A stretch of DNA of 64,000 nucleotides from Bilabrum cf. latius. Lineage: Eukaryota. Position 1 is the first letter of the stretch; each line of letters begins with the position of its first letter. The notes beneath the pieces were generated by a model. That model was given only the letters and a program-made list of their open reading frames with translations, made no database searches and was not told the DNA's origin. A program made the position numbers and the translations under genes. Shown piece after piece: positions 51,918 to 63,755 of the stretch. Location of the stretch: NCBI GenBank assembly GCA_965178125.1, contig OZ237738.1, positions 1,550,001 to 1,614,000 of the forward strand, given 5' to 3'.

Positions 51918-54900
51918 ATGAAAGTGTGGGGTGTTGGGAGCCGTCTGAACAAGAAGTCGTTTGAATTAGTATGGTCTGCTGCGCTGTCCGGGAGAAACCC
52001 GCTCAGATTCCCAGCCACTCGAAAATGGCTGTCCTCCACTCCAAGGGCGCATGCTGCAGCTTCAGGATCGTGTATCTCGTCATAGCAAAGGTGCATTAAA
52101 GGTGCCGGATAGAGTACCCATGGAATATCATCACTGCGTCTATTTTGCGTCTGTAAAAGTCCCAAGTATCGGACGATTTCGTCGACTGCGCGCGCCGAAG
52201 TCAAGGGACACCAGTAGCGATAGGGTACCAAACAGAAAGACAATCGCGGTTAGCAGCGTGGGTAGCAAGGCGCAGGATAGGGGTCCGGTCGCGGCATTGG
52301 AGGTGGGAGTGGCACGCGGCCTGGTAGTCAAGGCTAGAGGGCCAGAGGTGGCGGCGGCGCGCGTCGTGACGGTGGCCCTGGAGGAGGGCGAGCCGGGGGT
52401 GGCGAAGGAGGGAAGCGACCGTCACTCTTGGAATCATTGAGACAAGGTACACTCGGAAAGCGGGATAGCAAAGCCGCCACTCGCGGGCAAGGTCTTCTGC
52501 GTGCAGCTCGAGGACAGCAGCAGCAGCAGCAGCAGCAGGCCAGAGGGCCCCAGCAGAAGGGCGGGAGTACTTCCAAGGGGGGCAAAGGGGGCGCTGGTGG
52601 GGAGCCAGCGCAGCAGTCGAAGCCTTCTCTGGATGTGTTTGCCCGCATGCGCGCTGCCTTCGCCACGATGCGAGCCAAGCGGGAAGAGGCCGACATGCAG
52701 CGGCAGAGACAGGAGAGGGAGAGGAGGGTGGCGGCGGCGCGGGCCAGGAGGCAAGGGGGCGCGGGGGGTCCTAGGGGGCACTAGAGAGGGGACCGGGATA
52801 TGAGAAATAAGGAGAGAGACGATCGACGGAACTAGCAGCTGCGCGGCGCCGGTGGCCGGCTCGGTCAGGCCACCTTGAACGACAGGGGCAAGGCACTCAA
52901 GAGGGCGCGAGGGGCGCTGAGGCGGCAGGGACAGGCCGCGCGGTCGCAGGCCACGGCCCGCGCCTCGCCTGCCTCTTCTGCATAGAGCTCTGCGGGCAGC
53001 GTGAAGGAGTCGGGCGATTTCCTGGAGCTCCGTGTGTACGTGGACCAGCGTGCTTCTGACGCGTTCAATGCGCGCGGGAAGAAACGCAAGTCCAGGGCCA
53101 CGATGGCTCTCATCCGCAAGCGGTAGAAGCGCAAGTCTAGGTTCGACTATGTGCCAAAGGCAGAGCGCCCCGTGAAGAAGGGCATGGTGGTGCTGCGAGT
53201 GCCCAAGCAGGTCGAGATCGGGGGCAGCATGACGGTCCGCGAGCTGGCTGACCTGCTGCAGCTGCAGCCCGTGATGGTGGCCACTCGGCTGGAGGCACTG
53301 GGTGAGACGGTCGAGTCGCAGAAGTCGGTTGTGGAGGCAGATGTGGCAGAGTTCCTGGCGCAGGACATCGGGGTGCAGGTGGTGCGCACGGAGTTCAGGG
53401 ACAGAGAGCCCGCCAAGCAGCCGAGCCCTGACTCGGAGGAGTACCAGAAACTGCCGGTGCGGCCGCCCGTGGTGGCCGTGATGGGGCACGTGGATCACGG
53501 TAAGACCACTCTGCTGGACTCCCTCCGGAGCGCACATGTGGCGGACGGCGAGGCCGGGGGCATCACGCAGGGTGTGTCTTGCTTCAGCGTGAGCATGGAG
53601 GCAGACCTTGCCCCGAGGAACAAGGCGGGGGTCAAGGCGGCAGGGGGCAAGGCTGGGGCCAGCAGCAAGGCGAAGAAAGGCAAGAAGGCCGCGAAGACAG
53701 GCAAGGCGAAGGGGAGCGGGGGTGGTGCCAACTCGATCACGTTCATCGACACGCCCGGGCACGCCCTATTCGGGGACATGAGGGCCCGGGGAGCTCGCTT
53801 CACGGACCTGGTGGTGCTTGTAGTGGCAGCTGAGGATGGAGTGATGCCGCAGACGGAAGAGAGCGTGAAGCTATGCCTGGACAAAGGGGTACCCATGGTG
53901 GTGGCCGTCACCAAGATAGACCGCATGGGCGAGGACGAGCGGGAGGCCGCAGCTGAATCCATCTCGCATTCGCTGGCGGGACTGGGCGTGCAGACGGATC
54001 TAATTGGGGGCGATACCCCTCTGGTATCGATCAGCAGCATGACAGGAGAGGGCTTGGAGGATCTCCGTGAGATGATCCAGCTGCAAGGGGAGATCCTGGA
54101 GCTGCGGGCGAGCAGGGATGGGGCTGCGGGAGCGGAGTCCAAGGGCAAGGGCAAAGGGAAGGCCAAGGCAGGGGCGGCGGATCCCACGCAGGGGCCCCCG
54201 GAAGGTTAGATCGAGGGTGCAGATGCAGTTGTGCTCGAGTCAAAGATCGAGAAGGGCACTGGGCTCATCTCGGACGTGATCGGGCAGTGGGGTACCCTCC
54301 AGGTCGGGGACCTGTTCGTGGTAGGAGCTGCCAAGGGCAGGGTCAGGGCCATGCGGGATCCAAGCACGAATCAGCCCATCAAGGAGCTGCTCCCGGGGTA
54401 GCCAGCCCGTTTGCTTGGCCTGCCCGTGCCCCCCCCTCCGCCTGGCACGCCTCTGCAGGCAGTGGGCGATGAGGCCAGGGCCAATGCAGTGTTGGAGCAC
54501 AGGGAGCGCAGGGCTAGCCTCGAGATGCAGGCGCAGGCCGCAGAGGCAGTGGCCCTCCGTTCCAAGGAGGACGAGAAGATCGCCGAGCAGGAGCGCAGGC
54601 GCAAGCAGAGCATCGAGAGGATGAACGCGAGGGCGGGGCAGAGGCACAGGATGGCGCAGGAGGGCAAGACTCTTCCCCCGGAGCTGCAGGAACAGCCCTG
54701 GGAAAAGCGCCTGGCGAACGAGCTGGCCAAGGAGGCAGAGGAGCTGGCGAGAAGTGGGGGCAACAAGCGGACTGCCGCTGCCGCTGCGGCTCCGTCGGGT
54801 CCCAGGCAGGTGCTGGTGATGCTGCGGGCGGACACGGCGGGTGGTCTAGAGGCCCTGCGGACGGCCTTCAGTCGTATGGACGCCAGTGTAGATGGTGCGA

Positions 54901-55457
54901 CCATCCGCGCGGTGAACGAGTCCGTTGGAGACCTGAGCGAGCAGGACCTGGAGCTGGCCGAGGAGACGGGTGCGGCCGTGTTCGGCTTCAACCTCAAGGT
55001 GACGCCGTCTCTGCAGAAAGTGGCGGACAAGCTGGGGGTGCGGCTGGCGGCGGACAAGGTCATCTACCGGTTGGTGGAGTCTGCGGCGGAGCACCTGCAA
55101 GCGGTAGTGCCGGCGAAACGGGTGGAGGTGCCTCTGGGCGTGGCCACCGTGAAGGAGGTGTTCGAGATCAACTCGGGGAGGGAGGCCGTGGCAGGATGCA
55201 GGGTGTCCCAGGGAGAGGTGGTGCGGGGGGAGGACACGATGGCGAGGGTGGTGCGCAAGGATGTAGGAGTGGTGTTCGGGGGGGACCTGGGTGTGCCGCT
55301 GGCCTCGCTGCGGGTGCACAAGGACTCGGCCACGAGGGTGGAAGAGGGCACCGAGTGCGGGGTGCAGCTGGACGGGTTCACGAGGTACAGGCCAGGGGAT
55401 CGCATCGAGGTGTTCCGCGTGCAAGAGGAAAAGCTCAAGGTGGACCTGGGCTTCTGA
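51918..55457 (+). CDS. MTIF2: Mitochondrial translation initiation factor IF-2, ~1180 aa
   Basis: RPPVVAVMGHVDHGKTTLLD, EAGGITQ, TFIDTPGH, LVVAAEDGVMPQT, GTECG. One frame from a presequence-like ATG at 51918 to TGA, broken only by TAG. Confidence 0.92.
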
Positions 55458-55622
55458 TCTTGAGACGTGTGTAGTACCGCCAAGCGCGAGTGGTCTCGAT
55501 CGGAGGCGCAGCCTGCCAGCGTGCAGACCGGAACCGAATCGCACATCCGGATACCGGAGTGTTGTTGAGAAACAGAGAGTTGAACAGCAAAGTGTTCAGG
55601 ATGACCTAGCAATGACATCTTT

Positions 55623-58600
55623 ATGAATTATCCACCGCCTTGCTTTGCTCGAACTCTGGAGTAGTTCCTTGGCAAAGGGACCGCGATAGTATCGCTGGCA
55701 CTTGCAGTTGAGCAGAGCAAGGATTCTGTGCCAGGCAGCGCGGCAGATTCCAGAACAGTAGGCGGCGGCACGCAAGAAACAAAATCGCGAAGACATATTG
55801 GGCGGCGAAAACCTGCTATTTCAGATGAACAGTTTGCGAGCTGGCTTGATTCCACGCAGTGCGTTCAAATGCGTACTGTAGATGCTGAATCCAACAGAGT
55901 AGGAGGCAGTGTAGCGAATTCGGTTAGATACGCTGTGGCTGAATCTATATATAGTGACTACATGAACGTGCTTGCGTTCGGATTTGCGGACCGCTCGAAG
56001 AGGAATGTCAAGAAACCGAAGGCAGCAGAAGACGTCTAGGCAAAGTCGGTCAAAGCACATAGTAGGGCAGAGATTGAGGGCGCAATAGAGTCGACACAGC
56101 GAAATTTAGAAGCATCGGGTCCTACCCATGCAGCATCGTGGATAACCGGGTCTTCTATGTGGCGCGAGCTTGCCCGGCGCACACCGCAGCAAGTGCTTCC
56201 GAAGCTGCTGAGTGGTTGGAGTATATTTGAGCCTGTTCAGATACCTGAAGTGTCACCGAAGGATCAAATCAATGAGGACACTATAGCGTTAGGTTTGCGG
56301 TGCCCTGCAGTACAAGTGTGCGGGCCCCCGCTGGCGTGGATGGCACAACACCGATACTCCAGCCGGCCGCCGATACTGCCGCTGTGCCGCACAGCTTCTC
56401 TCAATACTGGAGGGGTGACTGGCGCTGATACCAGTTGTGCTCATGGTTCGCATGCTTGTACAAGTATAGGCATGGCTGCTGCTGTAGAGTGTGTGGCAGA
56501 CTCTAGTGCAGGTGCAGGTGCAGGTGCAGGTGCAGGTGCAGGTGCAGGTGCAGGTGCAGGTGCAGGTGCAGGTGCAGGTGCAGGTGCAGGTGCAGGTGCA
56601 GGTGCAGGTGCAGGTGCAGGTGCAGGTGCAGGTGCAGGTGCAGGTGCAGGTGCAGGTGCAGGTGCTGGTGCTGGTGCTGGTGCTGGTGCTGGTGCAGGTG
56701 CTGGTGCTGGTGCTGGTGCTGGTGCTGGTGCTGGTGCTGGTGCTGGTGCTGGTGCTGGTGCTGGTGCTGGTGCTGGTGCTGGTGCTGGTGCTTGTTCAGT
56801 TGCTGGTGCTGGTGCTTGTTCAGTTGCTGGTGCTTGTTCAGTTGCTGGTGCTTGTTCAGTTGCTGGTGCTGGCGCAGGTCACGCACAGCTCGGCCAATAG
56901 CTAGTAAGCCGAATTTCCTCAGCAACGAATCGCAAGTCCACGGGCCCTGCGGGTCACCAGCGGCTGATCGAGCCCCGCGCATTCATGCATGCTGCTCGCT
57001 TCCGGGCAGCAGCCGGCCTGGACTCGAGCCATATCCTGGTCCGCATGGCCGTCCTCCGTCGGTAGCACATGGAGATGAGCAAAGCTGGCATTCCACTGAC
57101 CAAGGCTGTCCGCTAGCAGCCCGACGCGGGCTCATCGAGAGCACAACAGCATATCCAGGTGCACGTGGACACGCCGCAGGAGATACTGGCACGCAGCATT
57201 TTCGCAGCTGCCCTTCCAACCAGTGATGGAAACCGCTGTCCATTGCCCCGGAGGCTCCGATCCGCCCTCGGTGTGCTCGAGTAGCTAATCTAGCGCGCCG
57301 AGAACTTCCAGGCTGAGGCACCGGGCATGCTTGCCCGGCTGTGCCCTGCCATGCTTGACTCCACCCCGCCCAACAAACTGCCCACGGGGCTCACCGCAGC
57401 ACCGCTTGGCTCGGAAAACACGAGTGCTTCGCAGTTGGAGGCAGGTGCCGGGGCAAGTCGCTTGGGGTCTCCACAGCCAGGATCCAAACGCCGCCTATCA
57501 CGCCACTTCAGTCGAATCGAGTAGCGCCCCGCCAAACGAGCCCGTGTATCGCTGGGCCAGACCCGTGGCAAGGCTATGCTGCGAGCCGGGCTCGAGTCGG
57601 AGTCGCCTGCCCTCGCACTGCAGCCGAGCCAGGTGCAACAGTTCATCTGCCAAGTCATGGCCAAGGTGGTGCCTTCTGTGGCGTGGGGAGGCGGCAAGTG
57701 CAGGTCGTTGCTGTTGCGCCGAGTGGCTGACTTGGTCAAGCTGAACCACCACGATGCTGTTCCCATCGATGCGCTTCTACAGGGGATTCCCACAGATGGA
57801 ATGGACTGGCTAGAAGGTGGACGCTCTGTTCGAGGCCAGGGCCCAGCAGGTGCACTGCTTCATCAGTCCCTCGCTCGGTGCTGGATGTCGTGGCTGCTGC
57901 GCGGGCTCGCCATTCCACTGATCCGGTCACACTTCTACGCAACGGAAGGTGATGGTCAGCGGGGCAGGCTCCTGTTCTATCGCAAATGCGACTGGGCACG
58001 GGTGCAATCTGAAGGTATAGAATCAACGGTACGCAAGCTGCAGCTGCGGCGTTTGGGGGCTAGCAGCAGCGCGATCACTCCTGCCGGTCCACTCAGACGG
58101 TCTTCAACAGCGCCAGCAGCTGGCACTCGACAGCAGTCCGGGCCTGACCTATTCGCGCTACCTGCCCCACCCCTCGGTCTGGCGGTCATGCGACTCGTCC
58201 CCAAGCAGCGGGGCTGGCGGCCAGTGGCGAACCTGGCCAACAAGAGGGCGATCCCTCAGGCCGCACTCACAAGGGATGCAGCAGCTGCAGCCCGGCGGCT
58301 GGGCGCTGGCCATGCCCTCGACCGGTCTTCAAGCCAGCGCAGCGGTGCTGCTCGCAGCCCCCGCTAGAGCACGATGTCCATCAACTCGCAACTGCGGCAG
58401 GCCTACGAAGTTCTCACATCTTTGAGAAGGGGGCACCCGGGGCTGTTTGGCAGCAGCGTGTTCGGGTACCAGGACGCGACGGAGGCCCTCGGTCGGCTGA
58501 GGCAGGGACTACGGGGGACTGGCCCTCAGACAAGGATTGCGGGAGTTGCTGCCGATGTGCAAGCGTGCTATGATTCTATGAAGCACCCTCTTCTGCTTGA

Positions 58601-60908
58601 TGTGATTGCGTCGAGCCTCAGGTCTTTCTTGCAAGGGCCAGAGGATCCAGCTGTGCTGACTGCTACCCGCAGCGGTTCTCCTACTGAGGTAAAGCCCGCA
58701 TCGTCTTTGGCATCGTCATCGTCCTCATCTGCATCAAGTGGTTCAGGAGCGGCGAAGCCATCGGCAATGGCACAAGGTGCATCGACAGGGGGTCAGAGCG
58801 ACGAATCGCCACCAGCCCACACGTGGCGCAAGCTCCCGCTCAGATGGCGACTGGCCCTCAAGCAAGACCCCCTGTCGCCGCAGCAGAAGGCTGTCTGGGA
58901 CAAGCTGCACTCAAAAACAGTTCCGCTCGAGGCGCAAACGCAGCAGGTGCCCGTATCCGTGCGGGCAGTCTCTGTTATTGAGCCCGACATGCGGGGAGGT
59001 GCGCAGCCAGTATGCAGGGTGCGGCAGCGAACCATCGCTGGCCCGTTGTTCGGGCACCGGGCCCTGTCGCCAGGAGCACTGGCAGTGTGGAGGAGCGGGG
59101 GACTGCGTGACGGGGCCATCTTGAGCGACATGCCGCCGCGATGGCCCATCCCGCTATCAAGGACGGCACGAGACATGGATGCACATGCCAGGTCTCACGT
59201 GGTGTCCCTGGGCGGGGCTCTCTTCCACCAGCGGAATGGCGTGCCGCAGGGCTCCGTGGTGAGCACGCTGCTGTGCAACTTATACTATGGGCGCATTGAG
59301 AGGGGTGCTATCCTGCCTCAGATTGCGGAGTGCATGAGGAGAGAGCAGAGCAAGGTGCAAGCGGCCAAGTAGGGGTGGCGTGTAGTGGCGCTGCTAATGA
59401 GACTGACAGATGACTGGCTACTGCTGACGAACTGCCAACCAGTGGCAAACTGCTTCAAGCAACTAGTTGAAAAAGGATATCCTCTCGCTGGTTGTCAATG
59501 CAAGAAGAGCAAAACAGTGGTGGTCTCCGCCGATTACCCTGCCGCCTCCGCCAGGCGATACGGTGCAGCCAGCCGCATTCCGTGGTGCGGGCTGTCCATT
59601 CAATGCGATGGCGGGCTTGGGGTGCGACAGGACTTGCGGCGCCTGGTCGGCGACGAGGCCGCCGCACGGCTGCATAGCAATAGGAGAGAAGACCAAGCGC
59701 GGGCTGCAGTTGCCGGGAATGCCTCTTTACCGGAGGGAATATCGTCTCGCCCCGCTCCTGCCATCGAGGCTTCAACCACGCTGAGCGAAGCGATACTCGG
59801 TGACCCCGCAAGCATGCTGCGCAAGTACGCAGACGGCTACATCAGGCCCTGGAGACGGCCCCTTTTTCTTGATCCCACTGCTCACGGCATCCGGGAGACG
59901 CTACTAAACGCGGGAGAAATTGCCGCGCTGGCGGTGGCAAAGCTGATCGCCATCGTGCGCCGTTGTCCGCATGCAGTCCGCGCACGGGTTGGCAGCGAGC
60001 ACCTGAGCGATGCCATTGTGCACATGGCCGCTGTGCTAGCATCGGTTAGTGAGAAATGCGTCAAACTGCGCAAGGGCCCGCGGTCTGATCATCGCAACGG
60101 ACGGCGGGCGATACCAACCCAGCAGCCGGCTATGGACGATTCTGAAGGGGCCTCAGTTGCCAGCTCGGTGTCCCTGTCAGACGACGTGGCAGAGTAGCAG
60201 GACGGCCAGGAGTAGAACGGCGAAGTCGACCAGCCACCGCAACCGCTGCTACTGTGCGGTGCGCACTTGGCATGGTGCTTCACGACAGGCGACTTGGTGC
60301 CCGCAGTGAGGCTACCATGTGCCAGCAAAGATTCTTCTTCGGCCGCAACCAGCGAGCAACTTGCAGGGTCAGGATCGGAAGCACAGTATGCTGCCGTTCT
60401 AGGAGCAGCCCTGGGCGTCAAGCCGGGCCGCATGAACCGCGAGCTTGCTGCTGCTGCAGTGCATGGCACTTAGGGTGGACCCACTGACCCATAGTCGTTT
60501 CCAGTAGCTGCTGGTATCGGTCCGTCTACTGTTGCTGGTCTCGTGCACAGCGTTGCTACATTTGCCGGTGCAGCTGTGTGCGCGTCAGCTCCACTCCATG
60601 CAGCCCGCAGCGCGCACGGTTTTCTTCTCGCTGCAGGCAAGCACAAGCTCTCCGTGGTCAAGGAGCGCCTGCTGGCGCCCAGTGTGGCCCTTGCCGCTCG
60701 GGAGGACGTCTGCACGGATTTCGTCTGGGCTGTGCGTGCTGCATGTGGGGATGCATCGGAATGTAGCGCAGTCGTGGCGAGCATGCTCTCGGTGGCGGCA
60801 GCAAAGAAGAGAACGCCATCCCAATCAGAAGAAGCAGCAGCAGCATCATCAGCTGCAGAAACCAGCTGTAGGCCCGAGGGACTAGCCCAGTGTATCCGGT
60901 GGACTTGA
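55623..60908 (+). CDS. TERT: Telomerase reverse transcriptase, ~1760 aa, apparently intronless, 14 in-frame TAG
   Basis: All motifs in order in one frame: TEN (NVLAFGF, WRELARR, QVCGPPL), CP (LPRRL..LARLCP), T (FYATE..LLFYRK.DW), 1/2 (RLVPK..GWRPVANL), A (DVQACYDS), B' (GVPQGSVVSTLLCNLYYG), C (LMRLTDDWL), E (PWCGL). Confidence 0.95.
56508..56872 (+). repeat. (GCAGGT)n/(GCTGGT)n hexamer array plus ACSVAG-coding repeats inside TERT
   Basis: About 47 hexamers encoding poly(Ala-Gly), then four GCTTGTTCAGTT-containing units. Confidence 0.95.
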
Positions 60909-60979
60909 CTACACACTGCCGCTTCCAGTCTACCAACCACTTGCATACGTCTAGTCGCACCACAAATTGAGAGCCGGCA

Positions 60980-62008
60980 TCACATCCCAGCAGCCCCCAT
61001 CCTGTAGGCAGCCGCCGACTTGCTCCTCTTGGCCGCCGCCTGCGCCATGACCCTCCGCTCAAACCCGTTGCTGCGATCAACGCCGTCCCATAGGGCCCCG
61101 GGGAGGATCCCAAATCGATTTGGCGGCGGCATTCCCGTCCATCTCCGCTTCAGCTGCGGCCTGGACTGGCTGGAGGCTGCATCACCAGCGCCTGTCTGCA
61201 TGGCCAGCAAGGGCGCCATGGGGTCTTCGGCTCTGACCACCTCTGCGCGGGCCCGCTCCGATGACGCTGTCTCACCAAGCCGCGCCATTCGGATTCCAGA
61301 TCCACTCTAGCCTCCCCCTGCCCCGCCCGTGCCCAACCGCACCTCAACTATGCCCTCCTCGCGGTTGGAAGCAGCCGCCTTGGCTCGCTCCTCCGCCTCC
61401 CGCAGCTGAGCGGCACCAGTTCTTGCCGCAACTGCGCGTGCCCGCTCTTCGGCATCAGCCCTAGCCTTTTCCAACGCTCTGTTCTTTGTAGCGGACTCTA
61501 GATCGATTTTTTTCCCGCTGGCATCACGAAACACGGTTCGTTGGGCTTGATCAGCTGCACTGCTGGGAGGCTGCGACGATGAAGAGTTTGGTCTTACCTC
61601 CTCCTCATCATCATCGGAATCAAATCGAGAGGCAACATTCCCGACAGCGGCGCCGGCAACGCTGTCCTCGTCGCTGTCGAACCTGCTCGCAGGTGCTTGA
61701 ACGGCAGGCTCCTCCTCATCAGAATCAGAGTCAAATCGTGACTGGAGCAAAGTTGCGCTCTTTGATTGCCCTGCTCCGTTTTCCTCATCGTCAGAATCAA
61801 ATCTGCTTGCGGCCTACGTTCCAGATCCTAGTTTTATTGATTCCAACTGCCCTACTCCAATGGAAGCAACATTACTCTGACTACCACGACGTCGCTTACT
61901 CCTCGAGCTAGACGTCGGCTGGACAGACGCCCTCTTCCTCCCAATCTAAATCTGTTCTTCGCCATCCATTCCCAGGGTTGGATGTGTCTGCACCAGCACA
62001 TCCCTCAT
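60980..62008 (-). CDS. BUD13: BUD13/Cwc26 RES-complex splicing factor
   Basis: TVFRDASGKKID, EDPM, PPNRFGILPGALWDGVDRSNGFE and RFDSD repeats; 3 in-frame TAG; start 62008 or 61969. Confidence 0.88.
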
Positions 62009-62102
62009 GACTTGGGACGGATTCGGAGCACACTCGAATCTTCGGGGACGTGGGTTCCACTGCGCTAAACTACAGATTTTCTATTAAACGGTTGATTGAG
62101 GT

Positions 62103-63755
62103 ATGGTTTCTTTATATGCTGGTGTCGATGCCGTGTTGCTTGACATGGATGGGGTTCTGGTGGAGGTCGCTGATTCCTACCGGGCTGCGATCGTAGGGAC
62201 AGCAAAAGAGTTCGGTGTTACAGTCACAATGAAAGATATCGACGCAGCGAAGGCCAAAGGAGGTGCTAATAATGACTGGGTTCTGTCTCGACGGCTCATT
62301 CTTGGCGACGAAAAGGCTGCCGATGCCACATAGACTCCCACGATTGACGACGTCACAGCTGTATTCGAGAGGTTGTACCAGGGGGAAGGCGGCAAGCCTG
62401 GCTTGAAATCGTTGGAATAGCCTCTAGTACCGCGCGCGCTGCTACAGCAGCTCTTGGATCGCACTAGTGGGCGTGTATGCGTAGTTACCGGTCGTCCCCG
62501 CGCGGACTGCGCGGAAGCGATGGCTCGCTTCGGCTGGGACTCCCTCATCCCATCCGAGAGCTGGGTCTGCATGGAAGACGGCCCACCTAAGCCGGACCCA
62601 TTTCCGATCAACCGAGCCCTAGAAATCCTCAGCAAGCGCGGCCCAGCGGCCTTGCTGCCCTCCCGCGTGGCCATGGTTGGAGACACGGTGGATGACGTGG
62701 TGGCGGCCAGGAAGGCCGGAGTGCGGGCCATTGGGGTGCTCACACCTGCTGCTGCGTATGAGGATTCTGGCAAGGAGGGTGCAGCGGGAGGCAAGCAGTC
62801 GGACACTCGATCCATTCTGGAGGGGGAAGGGGCAGAGGCGGTGCTGCTGCCCGGGCTGGCGGGCTTGCCCGAGCTGCTCGAGAGCCGGCCCTCTAGCGGT
62901 GGCATCTTCGAGGGGCAGGGTGGTGGCGATGCCGATGCGGTGCTCCGTGAGTTGCTGGGAGGAGGAGTAGGAGCAGGTGCGGGTCCTGCAGCCAGCGGGG
63001 CGGGGGCTTCCGGTGCGCCCCCACCCCCGCAGCCCCCGGCAGCCGCACTGGCGGGGGCAGGGCCCACAGGAGATCCCGAGAGGACACTGGCCGCCCTGCG
63101 GGTCAGAGCCAAGGCGATCGCAGCCTGCCCGCCGTCAGCTCCCGAGTGGGTGGCCAGGCACGGGTTCGTCCCTCGAGAGGGTTCGTGCACTCGTCACACC
63201 AAGGAGACCAGCATTTCTGCGTGGGTGCGGCTGGACGGGAGCGGCTGGTCAGCAGTCTCGACAGGCCTCGGTTTCCTGGACCACATGATCGGGGCCATGG
63301 CCAAGCACGGGCGCATGGACGTGCAGCTGCTATGCAAGGGGGATCTCTGGATCGACGACCACCACACCGCGGAGGATTGTTCCCTGGCCCTGGGGGAGGC
63401 CATGGACCGGGCCCTCGGTGCCAGGAAGGACATCACGCGGTGGGGCAGCGCCATGTGCCCCCTGGACGAGTCGCTGGCCCGCGCCGTGGTGGACGTGTCC
63501 TCACGGCCCTATGCGCACGTGGCTCTGGATCTGCAGCGGGACAGCGTGGGAGCCATCAGCTGCGAGATGCTGTCCCACTCGCTCGAGTCCCTCCTCACGG
63601 CTGCTCGTCTGACCGCGCACGTGGATGTGCTGCGGGGGTCCAACGACCACCACAAGGCCGAGGCTAGCTTCAAGGCGGTCGGGGTGGCACTCCGCACTGC
63701 CTTCAAGCGAGACGAAGGCGCGGGTGTTCCCAGCACGAAGGGCGTGCTGGCGTAA
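62103..63755 (+). CDS. HIS3: Fusion of a HAD-superfamily phosphatase and imidazoleglycerol-phosphate dehydratase
   Basis: N-terminal LLDMDGVL, VVTGRP, KPDPFP, MVGDTVDD; C-terminal RHTKET, FLDHM, IDDHHTAED, PLDESL, NDHHKAEASFKA, PSTKGVLA. TAG at 62331 and 62418; ends at TAA. Confidence 0.93.

Noticed and set aside
57576-59600. Retrotransposon or retron reverse transcriptase
   Set aside because: It has TERT-specific TEN, CP and T motifs and no endonuclease, integrase or terminal repeats.
45952-63755. Mass pseudogenisation as the cause of internal stops
   Set aside because: Only TAG occurs, there are no frameshifts, catalytic motifs are intact, and several core genes are affected.
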